Notes under the pieces: generated by a model | The model's database searches: none | Seen by the model: only the letters and a program-made list of their open reading frames with translations | What the model was told of the DNA's origin: nothing | Assembly (NCBI GenBank): GCA_004431415.1 | Contig: QPMI01000132.1 | Coordinates: forward strand, 1 to 64,000 | Direction: 5' to 3' | Length of the DNA: 64,000 nt | DNA from: Cyanophora paradoxa CCMP329 | Taxonomy: Eukaryota > Plantae > Glaucophyta | In this document: in pieces, positions 44,618 through 54,398 of the stretch | How positions within the stretch are numbered: position 1 is the first letter of the stretch | Layout: every line of letters starts with the position of its first letter | Program-made: the position numbers and the translations under genes

Positions 44618-47600
44618 TACCGTGGTGCCCAGGTCGGGCGCATCCGCAGGTGCGGGAAGGGCGCATCCGGCTTAGCGACCGTGTCGAAAGCCGGCGCCGG
44701 CCAAAGGTCTGAGACCAAGAGGCGCGGCGGGCGGGCGCTCGTCATGATGGGCCAGAGGACATCATTGATCTTCTGAACCCAGCTCAGGAGAGCCCGCGAG
44801 GTGGCTTCCTGGCCGTGGAGCATGTGATCCTCGCCAGCATGCGAGAGATGCCGGCGGCCCACGTGTCACGGTCGACGTGACAGAACTCGCGCATGCCGTG
44901 CGCGGTGGTACGGGCGGGCAGGATGCGCTCAAGGAGGCGAACATCCAAGCAGCCGACAGTGTCCTCATGCTTTGCGAGCAGCGCGCGAAGCTGAGTCGTC
45001 GCCGGCAGACCCCAGATCTGCAGCATCGCGTCTGCGAGCTGCTTCTTCGACGCCGGCGCATTGTCGAGCCACGATGTGGCGACAGCGGTAGGGCGGGAAG
45101 GTCTGGCATGGAGAACCAGAACAGGGTCGCCAGCGGAAGCTGGGAGGCCAGAACAAGGGCCGCGTACTCGTCGACAATATCCGTAGGGACTTTGTCTTTG
45201 ACGGTGTGGTAGACAGCGTAAAGCTCGTCACCATCGACCGTGCGCATGTGAGTACCGCGCTTGTCAGCGCTCAGAGTATTGCGGTCGCCGCGATAGCAGA
45301 TATCCCGCAAGAACTCATAGGCCGCGGTCGGCCCCACGACGTGCATCTGCACGTTGTACCCTGCCACCGGCGCCGGGCGCCGGGGCTCAGGCAGCTCGTG
45401 GCCGAGGATCCAACCGGCCAAGTGGTTCACATACCCCGCAAGCAGGGATGCGACGAACTCACGAGTCGGCAGCGGCGCCCACGTGGCGCCGTTCTCGGTG
45501 GCGATGGGGCAGACGAGCGGGTGCATCCGCGTCCCCTTGTGCATTGGATTCACCGGCGGCCGGCTTGACTCGTACCCCAGCGTAAAGACGCGGGGCGGCA
45601 AGCGGTCAAGCTGACGACGCGCCTCCGCCTCAGAGGGGTACTGCATCGCGACGTGGGCGGGGCCCAGCGTGACGCGGATGGCGTTCTTCCCGGCGGCGTC
45701 GCCGAGGACGTCGAGTGCGTTCGCATCGAGCTCAGCCGCGAAGGCACGCTCAGAGCTCAGGACCGGCTCGCCGGGGACGAGCATGCGCACGCGAGAGTCG
45801 GCTTGCGCGACTACGCGAATGCCGAACTTGCGGCCGAAGCGCGGGTCCTTGAATGCGACCACGCGACTGCGCGGTGGTGCACGGTTCGGCCCCGCGTGGG
45901 GTTGAACTGGTGCGGCCGGTGCAGGTACGCGTAGGACATGCGACACGTGTGGTGCATGACCGTGTTCAGCGTGGCGTACGCCTTCGTGATCGGCCCGTCC
46001 TCACGGAGCGGGAGAGCGGGCTCCGAGGAGACCCACTTAGTGATGTGCTCATCGAGCCCCATCATCGCGAGCACGTAGGGCAGGCCCTGGACGTCCGCAC
46101 CCTCGAGGGTGGTCGGAGTCGGCGGGACCGGCGGCCCGTAGAGCAAAATCGCGGCGGGGATGCCGCGGTTATGCCCCTCGACGTTTCCAAGGACCGTCGA
46201 GGCGAGGCTGTGCAGAGCAGCATCGGCGTCGAGCGCGTCCGGGTGGAAGCGCGTTTGCAGCTTCGTGCCCGGGTTAAACACGGGGCCGCAGTCCCGTGGC
46301 CCGTTCTCGCCGTACATGAGAGTACGGAGGCGGGGGATTGCGCCCCAGGGCTGCTGCTCGGGCAACGTGTTGGTTGCGGAGCCCGCCCCGAGCGGGTCCG
46401 GGAGCAGCACGCAGTACTTTTCGCAGTACCGCAGGCGCTCGAGCGTGCCGTCGTACCAAGTGCGCGAGCCCGGAGGGGCTTGCGGGTCCGGAGCCGGGGG
46501 TTCAGAGGGACCGGCGGCAGCGGCACTCGTGACGGAGGCGGCGGCTGTGGCCTCGACCATGGGCGTGTCGCCCGCGGCGTCGCGCTCGTTCGCGCGAACG
46601 GCGCCGGCCCAGTCGTCGATCCACCGCACGAACGGCAGAGAGCGGATGACGACTTCCGCGCCCTCGACGGGGAAGTCGATTTCGCCCAGGGTCCAAGAGG
46701 CCCCTTCGACGGTGTTGTCGTACAGCCGAACCTCCTGGCTCAGCCAGGAGTCCGCGTCCGTCTTTGCGGCGGCCCGCTGAACAACTTCAGAGATGTTCAG
46801 GTCCGGGGGGTACATGGAGGCGAGCTCGCAGACGAGACCCTCGCAACCCGGGTGCAGCGCGCGGACGCGCCCGTAGAAGAAGCGAACTTCTTCGGGCAGC
46901 TGTTGTTCCGAGTACGGAACAAAGGGCACGGTTCCCGGACCAGTGCGTCCGCTGAACCAGCACGACATCAGCCAGCGTGCGTGGGCAGGCACGGGCTCTA
47001 CGATATCAAGACCGGGCCCCGTGTTTTGGGACGCGCGCCAGCGGTCATTGACGTAGTATCCCGGCAGGCGGGAGACGTGGAACTCAAAGCGGTCCAGGAA
47101 AACCGCGTCCCAGTGGAAACAGGTCCACCGGTCCGGCTCCGTCGGGAGCTCAGGGCGCGGGGTCAAGAGACCTAAGTTCCAGGCTGCAAGTTCGAACGAC
47201 GCAACCGCGCGCCGTAGGAACCGCACGTTGGCGGGGTGCCGCTGGGGCACGCTCAGCTCAAGTCGCTCCCACGCCTCGCGCGAGGCGTCTGCGTGGAAGT
47301 GGCTAAACCGGCGCCACGGGGGCTGCGCGGTTTCCGCTGCGAGCCAGCCCTGGAGTTCAGGGTGGGGCTCGATTTGCAGCAGGAGCGGGTTCTGGGCCTG
47401 CGTGAGGCCACTGTTCGCGAGCCACATGTGCTCGACCGACGTCGACCAGTTGGACGACGGGGCGGGGCAACCGACGAGCTCAAAGAGCTTTGCGTCGATG
47501 CCGCCTCGGACGAAGAGCGCGTGCCACATGCGCTCACGGGCGTCGGCATCGATACCCGCATGCTCATCGGATTCCATGGCGTCTGGAGGCGGCGTGGCAG

Positions 47601-50576
47601 CGCCACCCTCGCCCTCATCCGACGAGCCGGAGCCCGGGTCCGAACTGCCGCTGGCGGCGGCGCGGTCGCCGGGCGGGCGAGCAGGGGCACCGCGGCGGGC
47701 GCGCGAGCCGCTCGTCCACGGCCCTCGGTGGTGCCGGCGGCTGCCGCAGTCGGCTTGCCGCGGCCACGGCGCGTGGTGGCGACTGTTCGGGCCAACGCAT
47801 CGCACGAAGCGATGATTTCGTTATGCTTGTCCCACACCGAACTGTTGGTGTGGGGGCCCTTATAGCGCCGGCGCACTTCGCCGTAGACCAACCGCATGCG
47901 GTGGGCCGGCTTATCAAGGAGCGTGGTGGCGTAAACGCCGGACTGCGACATGCAGTAGCAGACCCAGACGAACACACACCACGTGAATTCGCCATTGCGA
48001 GCGGCGGAATCCATTTCTCCTTGCAGCGCTTTCATGAGCCACAGGAACTCGGGCTCGAGCGGCGCTCGTTCTTCACCAGGTCCGGCGGACCAAGGCGCGG
48101 GACGGCGCGGGAGGCGAGCAGGTCGAGCACGTCGACCTCGCGATGGTTATCGCGGCGGGGCACCGGATAACGGCGATCGAGGAACGCCTCGATGCTAGGC
48201 CCGCGCATCAGGGGTCGGCGTCCGGGTGGTGCCGGAACCGGAGCCCCTCGTCGGGACCGACGGGGCGGTCCACAACGACGGTGGGGGCAGCGCGGTACGT
48301 GCCAATCCCCAGGAGCCAGTCAGAGAACAGCAGAGAGCTGAACTCGTCGGGGCGCCGCGGGTCAATGAGCCGGGCCATGCGCTGCACGGCGACGCGCTCG
48401 GGCACGTAGACAACGCGCCACTTGTCCAAATCGGAGCCGTGCTGGACGAGCTCGGAAAGGTTGACGAGCGGGGGCTCGCCCCGCACGCAGCGGGCGCGGC
48501 GCTCGGCCTGTGTGGTGTTGCGTGCAGTGTGAGGACCCGGGATGATTCGGGGAATCACTAGCCTCTCGCGAGATGGCCTATTGGTAGAACTGCCGCCTTG
48601 ACACCCCTTAGTCGTTGGTTCGACTCCGGCTGGGTCCGGGTCGCAACGCGTCCATAACATGGGGGCTGCTAACGGACCTGGTTCGACTCCCGACGAGGGA
48701 TAGACCGGGCTTCGAATCCCACGCGGGGCGCTAGGAAGCGCTGGCTGAGGGCCGCTGCATCGCGGTACCCCGATAAGCCCGGCACCTGCATCGGTGGCCG
48801 CCGAAGAGCCTAGAAACTGCGCGCGCGGAAAAAGCGGCAGTTGCGGCTGTGTGATCATGAGTGGGTGTCACGTGCGGCATGTGACCGAGGTTGAGATCGC
48901 GAGTTGTGAGGTGAAATGCAGCAATGGAACCGCACGGAAGGATCTCGGGGTCGAGATCACCGTGGCGGGGGGGATGTTGCGTGCAGTGTGAGGACCCGGG
49001 ATGATTCGGGGAATCACTAGCCTCTCGCGAGATGGCCTATTGGTAGAACTGCCGCCTTGACACCCCTTAGTCGTTGGTTCGACTCCGGCTGGGTCCGGGT
49101 CGCAACGCGTCCATAACAGTGGCCAGGACGCGAGCGGCGACGGTGCCCTCGGAGCTCTTGTCGAAGCAAGCAGCGCCGGCGACCTCACGCAGCCTTGCGG
49201 CATACGTTTGGTACTGAGTGACGGGCGGAGCCACGTCGTGAGGGGTGATCCACTCAAAGAGGCTGTTCTTGCCAAATCCCAGAGCCCCCGGAACGACCGT
49301 GAGGGTGCGGAAACGGATTATGGCCAGCAGCAACTGCACGCAGTATGCGTGGAAGTCGCAGTCCTCGTGGAGGATCTCGCGGGCTGCGGCGAGTGCCGAG
49401 CGCATCGCGTGATAGCCCGTCAGGGCCGGCGAGACCGGGGTATCGGGCGTCTCGTCCCAGTCCCGCGGGTCAAACGCCACGTCATACCCGTTGGCATTCT
49501 CAGCCAGTATGCGGGGCCACTGCAAGCCCGGCTGGGCGAGCAGGTACGCGGACGCGACGAGAAGGGACAAGATTGGCGAGCGATCAGAGTCGCTAAGCCA
49601 ACTCGCCTCAGATGCGAGGTCCCAGCATGCCGACTTCGGGGCGTGCTGCTCCCAAGCGGCGAGCAGATCGTCCCACGCGCGCGGCGACGCGGTGTCGAAC
49701 TCGAAGGCGAGATCGGGCCAGACGACTTCGGAGTCGTCAGGCGGGGGACCGACCCCAGAGCATGAGCCCGGGTCCTCGGGGTGGGCGAACGCCGCGCGCA
49801 GAATTGCACGCATAGCGCGGCCGGAATCCGGGCCCTCATGCAGGCGGTGGTCCGTGCGGGCGACCACGGCCGCAGTCTCGATCACGCAAGCGAGGTTGTT
49901 AACCTCGGTGCGCTGAGTCAAGCGACCCAGGAGGAGACGGTCCGCGCGGTTCAGTCCGCAGGCGCCCAGGAAGCGATCGGCAACGATGCCGATCGTACCC
50001 TCGCCGGCAAGTTTGCGCACAAGCGGGATTTGCTTATGCCCCTCCATGCCGTTGGTGAAGAGGAGCCCGACGGCCCTCGACAGCGCGCGAGGCTCCGAGG
50101 CCAGCAGCGCGTACCACTTAGAGAGTGGCATGAGCAGGGGGCAATGCGGCGGACAATGAAGCGGCTGCCCTCGCGTTGCGAGTCAACGAGCACGCTCTCG
50201 GTGTGGTCGCCGGGCATGTACCGCAGCCCGGTGGGCGCGGACATTGGCTTTTTCTCGACGTATTCGAGACCCGAGCCCTTGCCGCAGGGATCCAGGGGGT
50301 CGGACTCCGAGCGGACGCTCAGTCCGTCGGCGTCGGTCTCGCCGATTTCCGAGTCCCCTGAGCCATCGTCGCTTGCCGGGCTGGCAAAGCGCAGGGCGGC
50401 CTCGAACTCGGTCTCACGCGCGGCGTCGTCAAGGGCGCCGGCGGCGAGGGTCGAGGCGGCCGCGTCGAAGGCGGCCTGGTCACGCGCCCGGGCGGCGATG
50501 ACGCTGGCGTCGGCCGGCTGGCGCACGGCGGCGACGGGGACGCTGAGGTCCATGTCCGTCTCAGTGCCCACGGGCA
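44618..50576 (-). CDS. Element B large uncharacterised coding region between gag and protease (frameshifted, split by TRIM)
   Basis: ORFs 49067..50131, 48208..~48515, 47253..48035, 45811..47805 and 44762..45946. Removing the TRIM and one TSD copy restores the frame (VLAT-QAERR). Confidence 0.7.
48516..49118 (+). mobile_element. TRIM (miniature LTR retrotransposon) with tRNA-like LTRs
   Basis: Apparently identical 144-bp repeats 48516..48659 and 48975..49118 (TGTT...AACA), TSD GTGG, PBS-like TGGGGGCT, PPT GGCGGGGGGGA, and a non-coding interior. Confidence 0.93.
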
Positions 50577-52475
50577 TCACGAGGACGGACTTGATCGACG
50601 GGTCGCCGCTCGGGGCGCCTGGGCCGGGCTTGCTGCCTGCCGAGGAGGAGCTCGCGGCACGCGCGGCCTCGTGCAGGGCTTGCTGCTGCGACTGAACCAG
50701 CAGATGCTGGAAGAATTCAGCCATGTGGGCAGCGCCCGGGTTCGGCGGCTCGGAGCGCGGCGGATCGCCTCCGGCGCGAACTTGGTTGAACCGGGGCCGG
50801 GGCCCGCGGTTCTGCTCAGGGCCATAGCCGCGGCCACGGCCGCTCTGGGCGTTGCCCTGGGCGGAGGGGCAATCCCGGCGCATGTGGTCCAGCGAGCCGC
50901 AGGTCCAGCAGCCTCGCTGCTCATCCTGCTCGCTCGTCTCCTTACCCTTCCCCAGCGGGCGCTGGTTCGGGCCGGAGGCCGGGCCACGGCCGGAGCCGCC
51001 GGCGTAGCCGCTGCGGGCGCCGCCGCGGAACCCGCCGCGGGCTTGGAAACCGCCCGGGGGTACGGCTCCTGGCGGTGTCCACCGCGGTGGGCGTAACCGC
51101 CGCGGTTCGGGCCGGGGTCCCCGCGCTCGTCGCGGTCGGGGCCCTCGTCCTCGCGGGTCGCGCGCTCGCGGCGCTTCAAGCCCGCCCGCTTCTCAGCGAT
51201 CCCCTTCACCCAGTCGGCGTACGGGATGCCGGGGAACGGGGCCGTGCCCCACGCGCAATTCCACGTAAAGTGGCAGCGGTCGAGGGCCGGCATCTCCACG
51301 TGCATGCACAGGGGGCATGGCGTCGTGGTGGTGCACGGGTACCCCAGGTTTTCCTCGTCCGGGTGCCGGCGGCTCGAGACGGGGGCGCCCGGCGGCGCCT
51401 TGGTGCCAGGGGCGGCGTGCACCGATTTCGTCGGGACGGCCTCGTCAGGCTCGTCCTCGTCATCGGCCGCCACGGCCATTTTGCGCACGCGGGGGCGCTT
51501 GGTCTCAGGCGCCTCGGGCGCGACCATGGCCTGGGGTGGCAGCACGGTACGGCAGCCGTGCGTCTCGCATGCCTGGAGGAATAGATCGTCCAGCTGGAGT
51601 GGCGACAGGGCGCCGTCCAGAGCGAGAATGCGCTGGTCCAGCGCAGTGAGGAACTCGCGCAGCGTGCGCTCGTTCAGCTTCGCGAACCCGGCCATCCGAA
51701 CATCAAGGTTCTGATATTCCGGGTCCTCGCTCGTCGCGCGGGCCTCAAGCGCAGTGCGCAGGCACTCGGCGTAGTACACGGCGAGGCGCTGGCCCGTCGG
51801 CAGCGTGTGCCGGACGAGAGGCAAGAACCAGTCGTGCCACGAGCGCGGATCCTCGCCCGTGTAGGGCTCAGTGAGGGCCCGGCGGGCCGCGTGCGGGCGC
51901 GCCTTGTGGATCCACGCCGTGATCGTATCAAGCAGCCCGGGGGCACGCAAGTACGCATCGCGAGTGGCCACGATTGAGGCCTCATCACGCGCGCAGCTCT
52001 GCTGCAGCGCGAGGATCATGGCGTCGTCGTCGGCAGAACGCAAGTTCGCCGGGACGAGCTCAAGGCGCCGCAGCGTAGCGCGGTCACGCTCCAGGCCAGC
52101 AATAGAGGCCTCATAGAGGTCGCGCTTACGCTCGATTACGGCGCGGAGGGCGCCGGGGCGGATGCGCCCGACGATCACTCCGGCAAGAGCCTCGGACTTA
52201 GTATACTCCTGGCCGCCGGCAGCGTCGGGGCCAAAGAGATACTTCGTCGGCTGCGCCGACTGATAGTTCCGGACGTCCTTGCGGAACCGGTCACCATCGG
52301 CGAGGCGGGGCTGGGCGGGCAAGAATCCGATCCGCGCGGGATCATCATCAGCCACAGCCGAGGCGCCGGGGGCGGCGTACTGCACAGCAAGTTCGGCCTT
52401 CGCAGGCTCAACATGCGCGAGCGCAGACAGCTGGCTCCGGACTTCAGAACTAAGGAGTTCCGAGGAGTTTGACAT
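50577..52475 (-). CDS. gag: Gag-like protein (element B)
   Basis: First ORF after the PBS, similar to 34385..35929. CPLC...HFTWNC, plus CWTCGSLDHMRRDC knuckle in a shifted frame near 50870-50910. Confidence 0.85.
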   Translation of the reverse strand: MSNSSELLSSEVRSQLSALAHVEPAKAELAVQYAAPGASAVADDDPARIGFLPAQPRLADGDRFRKDVRNYQSAQPTKYLFGPDAAGGQEYTKSEALAGVIVGRIRPGALRAVIERKRDLYEASIAGLERDRATLRRLELVPANLRSADDDAMILALQQSCARDEASIVATRDAYLRAPGLLDTITAWIHKARPHAARRALTEPYTGEDPRSWHDWFLPLVRHTLPTGQRLAVYYAECLRTALEARATSEDPEYQNLDVRMAGFAKLNERTLREFLTALDQRILALDGALSPLQLDDLFLQACETHGCRTVLPPQAMVAPEAPETKRPRVRKMAVAADDEDEPDEAVPTKSVHAAPGTKAPPGAPVSSRRHPDEENLGYPCTTTTPCPLCMHVEMPALDRCHFTWNCAWGTAPFPGIPYADWVKGIAEKRAGLKRRERATREDEGPDRDERGDPGPNRGGYAHRGGHRQEPYPRAVSKPAAGSAAAPAAATPAAPAVARPPARTSARWGRVRRRASRMSSEAAGPAARWTTCAGIAPPPRATPRAAVAAAMALSRTAGPGPGSTKFAPEAIRRAPSRRTRALPTWLNSSSICWFSRSSKPCTRPRVPRAPPRQAASPAQAPRAATRRSSPSS

Positions 52476-52940
52476 GTTGTTCTCTTTGCAACGTAAAGCC
52501 GCAAGAACAAGATGCCGGGGAGAGCACTAGGCGCGGGATTTGATCTGCAGCTCGCTGCAGAATCCGGCGCGGGGATCTCGCGGTCACGCAAGAGCGCGAC
52601 TCAGGGACACTTAGGGAGCTGCTCGCGGCAGTCTCCGTGGCACGGTTGCTCGCAACCGGCGATGGGACAGGCAATGATGAGACTCTCGAGAGAGAGCTCG
52701 GCGCGTGCGCTTCGGTCTGGGGATGACCCGAAGCCCGCGATAGGCACTAGAGACGTTTCCGGTGCACTACCGTCCAACCGCAAGCGGTACAGGGCGGCGC
52801 ACTCAAACGCAAAGCAACCGTGGGGACGGCGCTCGCGCGGAAAGCAGGTCTCTGGCTCCAATAGACACTGGGCAAGGCGGCGCAGCGATGCGCGCTGCGC
52901 GGCGGGGCTGGGGAGAGCGATACGGACTCAGACCCTTGAA

Positions 52941-52965
52941 GGTTCGATTCCGGCAGAATGGCGCC
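52941..52965 (-). promoter_or_regulatory. Primer-binding site of element B (tRNA-Asp-like, extended to the T-loop complement)
   Basis: GGCGCCATTCTGCCGGAATCGAACC immediately after the 5' LTR. Confidence 0.7.
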
Positions 52966-53248
52966 TGTCGCGTGCGAGATTAGTGTGTCTAATCGTGCGC
53001 GCGAGAAGCCCGTGCGGAGTGCAAGCTCGGCAGGGCGGGGTTTGGCGAGTGCTGCTGCTGTTAGCCACCGTGATGGTAGACTGAGGGTGTACCCGTCCAA
53101 CTACGGCGTACCCCGACACACGCATACAAATGACCGCGGCGCTCTAACTAGCCTAGGCGCCGTCGGCCTAGCAGCACGAAGGCTGCATACATCATCTAGA
53201 GCCCTAGCGGCTCACAATCGAGCATCCACTGTAAAGTCGGATGCGACA
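52966..53248 (-). repeat. Element B 5' LTR
   Basis: Direct repeat of 30037..30319. Confidence 0.97.
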
Positions 53249-54398
53249 CGGCCTTCATAATTTCGGCCATGCATATTGATCATGATTCATGATCATGACG
53301 TCGCGATCGATATCAGCCTGCATAAGTTTTAGTGCGATTGGATATCGATGCGCGCCGCGGTGCGGGGTTTGCAGCTTATTTTAATTTGGCACGTCGGAGC
53401 CGATCGTTCTTGTGTCTTGAGTCTCTCGACGCAAGCGAGATCTAGAGCTGCTAGATCTACAGCTGCCTGCAAAAAGTCGCCTCGGAGGAGGCCGCCGCTG
53501 TACACGCTGGGCACGGCGCTACGATCCGCTGGGTTACGTGATATCGCACCCGGTTGGACTCAGCAGACGCGCTCGTGAACTGCAGGACTGAAGGGGGTGG
53601 TTGGCTTTTGCATCGAGAGGTCGCTACAAACCGAGCAAGGAATGCTTCCAGCTCAAGGTCGCCGCGAGAACTTCGAGGTCGCCAATATCAGTAATGACAA
53701 ACGGCAGTATTTTCTCGAAAATTCCCTGGTACTTAAAGTACGGTTTCAGTCGCTTTGCTAGGAAAGTGGGATCCTTAGCGGCCTGTACCCCCCTAAGCGG
53801 CATGCTCCGGCCGGCCGGCGCCGTGCGCGCGCATACTCTACAGGCGCGGACGCACGTGCAGCCTGGCGCAGTACTAGTGAAATCGTCGGCACGCAATGCC
53901 TAGCTTAGGCATCTGCAGAGCCCCGGGGGCCGCACCGTGACACTGCGGCGGCTTCAGCATGGCAGATCTAGCTATACTAACAAGAACTAGCCTTCAAGGA
54001 TTGCGTGCATGTTCTCGATTAACCGCAGTACTAGTGCCAGCTGCAGGTTGGGGCATGGCCGCATGAGCACTCATGCGCGCCCGGCTCGCCCGCACTAGTA
54101 CTAGGGCGGATCTCTAGTACTAGTCACTGAGTACTAGTAGGCTTCTCAGCCTGGCAGCATGCTGGCGACCGGTGCACGAGCACCGCGCGCGCCGGCCCGG
54201 CGCTGCGGCCGGAAGTACGCGCGCCAGCCTTGGAGATTTTGAGAGATTAACTAGCCCCGCATGCATGTCCTCGATAACTAGCCCCGCATACATGTTCGTA
54301 ATCCGTTCAATAAATTATTAGTTACTTAGCAGGTGAACAGGTGAACTTCGAAATGCGCACGGCACCGCCGCCTCGCGGGAATCGCGGCGGGGCGGGGG

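Larger units (their letters stand above)
30037..53248 (-). mobile_element. Element B: complete large Ty3/gypsy LTR retrotransposon (~17 kb without nested inserts)
   Basis: Apparently identical 283-bp LTRs with TG...CA ends, TSD CGGCC (30032-30036, 53249-53253), PBS, PPT, and gag-extra ORFs-PR-RT-RH-IN. Confidence 0.97.

Noticed and set aside
47900-48035. env-like transmembrane segment (FTWCVFVWVCYCM)
   Set aside because: Short hydrophobic stretch with no signal peptide or fusion-protein pattern, and located upstream of pol.
48516-48659. Functional tRNA gene
   Set aside because: The anticodon stem does not pair and the acceptor 5' strand is displaced; the sequence is part of a TRIM LTR.
53254-54330. 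Small ORFs and CTAG/palindrome-rich tract
   Set aside because: No recognisable domain or element boundaries; left unannotated.
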